Assembly: GCA_030141605.1 (NCBI GenBank)
Contig: JAQGDQ010002183.1
Span: 1 to 10,640 of the forward strand
Direction: 5' to 3'
Source: Tubiluchus corallicola
Lineage: Eukaryota > Animalia > Priapulida
Length of the DNA stretch: 10,640 nt
Shown here one piece after another: positions 7,570 to 10,640 of this stretch (positions are counted from its first letter, which is position 1; each line of letters opens with the position of its first letter). Under the pieces are notes generated by a model. That model was not told the DNA's origin and searched no databases. It saw only the letters and a list, made by a program, of their open reading frames with translations. The position numbers and the translations under genes were made by a program.

Positions 7570-8200
7570 AAAATGAACTATGAACTATGAATTTATTTTT
7601 CACACATCAAAATACAATATTGTACACATTAATAAACAATAAATAAAATGATTTGAGTAGTGTGAGGTGAGTGTACGACCATATGGTCATTAACACACTC
7701 ACCTTACTTAAATGAAAAAATGATTATAGTTATGCATGCTTCTGTAGATAACTTAATGTAAATAAGGATGAAGTAAATGATGTAACAATTTGAGTTGTGC
7801 GAGGTGAGTGTACCACCATACGGTCATTAACACACTCACCTTACTTAAATGAAAAAATGATTATAGTTATGCATGCTTCTGTAGATAACTTAATGTAAAT
7901 AAGGATGAAGTAAATGATGTAACAATTTGAGTTGTGCGAGGTGAGTGTACCACCATACGGTCATTAACACACTCACCTTACTTAAATGAAAAAATGATTA
8001 TAGTTATGCATGCTTCTGTAGATAACTTAATGTAAATAAGGATGAAGTAAATTATGTAATAATTTGAGTAGTGTGAGGTGAGTGTACGACCATACGGTCA
8101 TTAACACACTCACCTTACTTAAATGAAAAAATGATTATAGTTATGCGTGCTTTTGTAGATAACTTAATGTAATTGATGTAATAAAGTAAATGATGTAATA
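7570..8200 (-). mobile_element. Probable LINE (L2/CR1-group-like) 3' end whose stem-loop region was tandemly amplified
   Basis: On the minus strand: nested stem-loop, T-rich stretch, AATAAA (7597-7592), then a short-repeat tail (TTCATAG)n at 7574-7590. Classification is inferred from architecture only. Confidence 0.5.
7651..8198. repeat. Four tandem copies of a 137-bp hairpin-containing unit
   Basis: ATTTGAGT unit starts at 7651, 7788, 7925 and 8062. Each unit has the 10-bp stem AGGTGAGTGT/ACACTCACCT. Confidence 0.95.
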
Positions 8201-8330
8201 ATAGCAAGGAAACATAAGGAAAACATAATATGTAATTACGATAATGATATATGATTATAATGATATATAGAATTAAAATGTATTTAATTCTTGTTGTTGT
8301 TGTTAACCTAAAGTGTTTTTATTATTACGT

Positions 8331-8456
8331 AACAAATTTGACCTGCCTTTCACTCAAAATCAAAACGCTATTTTTAGTTTATGCAAGATTGACCCTATTC
8401 CGTTGCCCACTAATTCATAGTACTACATGTATTTTCTTTACTCTGGATTACTTAAT
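8331..8456 (+). repeat. ~125-bp dispersed repeat, copy 2
   Basis: Diverged direct copy of 7394-7516, with scattered substitutions and a 3-nt indel. Confidence 0.9.
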
Positions 8457-8559
8457 CATATGGCAAATGTCATAATTTAAAAATTATTAATGTTTCCTAA
8501 ATTAAACTGATAACATTAATGCCCACCAGTGTTTAAAAATCATTTTATCTAAATTTGGT

Positions 8560-8867
8560 AAAGGATAGCAGACTAGGTGACTTTATAGTCTTTTCGCTAT
8601 CCTTTCTCTAGTTCTAGATCTATCTATTCATTTTAACCATTTTTCAAAACTTATTAGCGATTCTTTTATTAATCATGTTTTATTGTAGTATTATAAAGAG
8701 ATAAATAAATTGAAATTGAATTGAATTGTCTTTTCGCTATCCTTTCTCTAGTTCTAGATCTTTCTATTCATTTTAACCATTATTCAAAACTTATTAGAGA
8801 TTCTTTTATTAATCATGTTTTATTATAATATTATAAAGATATGAATAAACTAAAATTGAATTGAATT
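8560..8867 (+). mobile_element. Probable LINE 3' end with a tandem 140-bp duplication of its terminal part
   Basis: Stem AAAGGATAGC (8560-8569)/GCTATCCTTT (8596-8605) with inner stem AGACTA/TAGTCT. Copies 8588-8727 and 8728-8867 each end in AATAAA plus a (TTGAA)n tail. Confidence 0.6.
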
Positions 8868-9231
8868 AAATTATTACGATCATTAAGGCCTATCCACAAT
8901 CAACACTCTACCACTAGCAATCAAATACTTCCACCCAATTCGGTTCAGATTCGTGTAACGTTACTACATGTGAGGAAAAAGAAAGAAAAAAACAACATTT
9001 GTTATTTGGACCCGTTTAGTCAATCCTTTTAGCAATCCTATCTGTTTTCCTAACAAATCTACGTATGTAACACATTAAATTTGTTAATAAAATACTGTTT
9101 AAAACCCAAAGAGAATTGAAACCTAAATTACCCTCGCTCATTTAGCAGACAATATCAGCACTAATGGGCATTTAGCGACACACCACAATACAGGTAAGGA
9201 GGCAACACAAATCATGAACAAAGGTGTAGGG

Positions 9232-9880
9232 CAGGGTTGCGCAAATTATCTGACTAGCCGGGCCACATTAAACTTTCCCGCAATTCCTTGCAAACTGCAT
9301 CGGTGATACAACAGCAACAGTTAAAGGAAAACCGCACGATTGTTTAGACTCAATCTAATTTTAATTTATGATGCAGCTAACGAGAGAATCAGGATTCTAC
9401 TAATGGGATAGTTTAGATCAGAGGTGTGCAAATTATCTGACTAGCCAGGCCACATTAAACTTTAACGCAATTCCTGCGGCCCACAGGCAGTTTGATCAAG
9501 GAGCCAAGTACAGAAAGGCCTAATAACGATTTTTTTGCATCCGACCTGCGTACATCATTACTACTACTACACTCAAGAAACTATTTTAGAAGTTATTGAA
9601 ATTTATATTACAAACCATATATTTCTACTTTCAGGACAGAGAGTGGTAATTTCATTACAATGCATATTAGTAATGTGTATCACACAGTCTGTGTAGTACA
9701 GTGACATTAAGCTACAACCGTCTTGTAAGGGTTAATGGCATCCGATCTAGTAGAAAAAACTACCCGCACTATCTTTGGGATCGTGGCACGGACTTCAGCT
9801 GGATACACTCAATTAATCGCCCGGGCGCACTTTCATTAGGTTGACAAATCTCTTCGCGCGCCGCAATTTGCACACCCCTG
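9232..9880. mobile_element. Non-autonomous hAT (Charlie-like) element with a second internal left end at 9419
   Basis: Left ends CAGGGTTGCGCAAATT (9232) and CAGAGGTGTGCAAATT (9419); the right end reverse-complements to CAGGGGTGTGCAAATT (ends 9880). The 8-bp flanks GTGTAGGG (9224-9231) and GTGTAGGC (9881-9888) match 7/8. Confidence 0.8.
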
Positions 9881-9904
9881 GTGTAGGCTGTATGTACTGG
9901 CGTC

Positions 9905-9972
9905 TTCAGCCGCTAGATTCGAACTCAAGACTGCATGGTTGCAGTCTGAATGCTAAACTACCTGGCCACGCA
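9905..9972 (-). mobile_element. tRNA-derived SINE head or tRNA pseudogene
   Basis: Minus strand GTGGCCAGGTAGTTTAGCATTCAGACTGCAACCATGCAGTCTTGAGTTCGAATCTAG: A-box-like TGGCCAGGTAG and B-box-like GAGTTCGAATC at tRNA spacing, with no intact cloverleaf. Confidence 0.55.
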
Positions 9973-10034
9973 ACACAGTAGAATATATTAAAAAACATAT
10001 ATGAACTAAGATTCTGTAAACATATTAATGTGCA

Positions 10035-10600
10035 AAAATATTGCCATTGCGATTCTCACATCACCACAAATGCCATTGTCGCCAATGCACCATCGTCACC
10101 GCCACTACTACCAAAAACGCAGCAACACCACTTTACAAGTACTAGCAGCAGCAACAACAACAACATATTATTGCCATCGTCATTATATACCGATATCACA
10201 CACCCACCATTAAATGAAGAACCAACCCCCGAACAACATTTATTGCATTTTAATATACAATTAAAAATATTGGAGTCACCACACAATGTATGCGCATAGA
10301 ATGCTTTGCTTTAAAATATAAAAATAATTTAAATATTTTTTATCTCCCGCCAAACGAACGTCGCTGCCGACATATTTGAAAAAAAAATGACGTAAGCTGG
10401 TGTCTGCTGGGCAGCGTGTATGCGTGAAGGCAAGCTGTGATGAAGGTATATAATGACGATGGCAATAATATGTTGTTGTTGTTGCTGCTGCTAGTACTTG
10501 TAAAGTGGGTGCTGCGTTTTTGAAATTATTAGGCAATGACGATGGTGCATTAGCGACAATGGCATTTGTGGTGATGTGAGAATCACAATGGCAATATTTT
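10035..10600. repeat. Long inverted repeat (arms ~10035-10200 and ~10436-10600, spacer ~235 bp); foldback/MITE-like
   Basis: The arms are reverse complements with a long near-identical core (CCACTTTACAAGTACTAGCAGCAGCAACAACAACAACATATTATTGCCATCGTCATTATATACC) and one short diverged patch. Confidence 0.92.
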
Positions 10601-10640
10601 CATTGTGCCGTTCAGTTACGTATTGCTCGATTTTCAACTA

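Noticed and set aside
7394-8456. LTR/TRIM retroelement defined by the 125-bp direct repeats
   Set aside because: No TG...CA ends, primer-binding site, polypurine tract or TSD evident.
9185-9655. Plus-strand splice-like signals (CAG|gtaagg near 9193; tttcag|GACAGAGAGTG|gtaatt near 9635)
   Set aside because: Isolated motifs in or near a transposon, with no coherent reading frame.
10028-10536. Four short ORFs sharing TLQVLAAATTTTYYCHRHYIP-type peptides
   Set aside because: A consequence of the inverted repeat and its CAG/CAA runs; no recognisable protein.

Overview
AT-rich, repeat-dense eukaryotic (most likely invertebrate animal) genomic DNA, not prokaryotic. The only host gene I can support is the 5' part of an intron-rich NDRG-family gene (alpha/beta-hydrolase fold) on the minus strand. 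It resembles the invertebrate ZK1073.1/CG2082-like subgroup. Three exons are well supported (5775-5825, 4055-4112, 1908-2025), and a probable start exon (6161-6181) is joined by a non-canonical GC-AG intron. The spliced product reads M(RM)ATAQ-HHVIGTETCGNLDAWVQ-GDLSTKKPVIMTVHDMGSN-HKSFHGFMEHPAMADIKTRVILVHVDLPGQADGAPDLPES; later exons must lie left of base 1. The introns and upstream region hold two arrays of a ~93-bp purine-rich satellite with TTAGGG motifs, a 22-bp CpG-rich minisatellite, a (GA)n tract and two TA-flanked Tc1/mariner-pogo-type MITEs, one with a remnant acidic transposase-like tail. They also hold a hAT-like element with two left ends, tandemly amplified LINE-like 3' ends, a tRNA-derived SINE-like head and a ~165-bp inverted repeat. 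Almost all long ORFs in the supplied track are repeat artefacts. I see no convincing new biological system; the findings concern gene architecture and repeat evolution.
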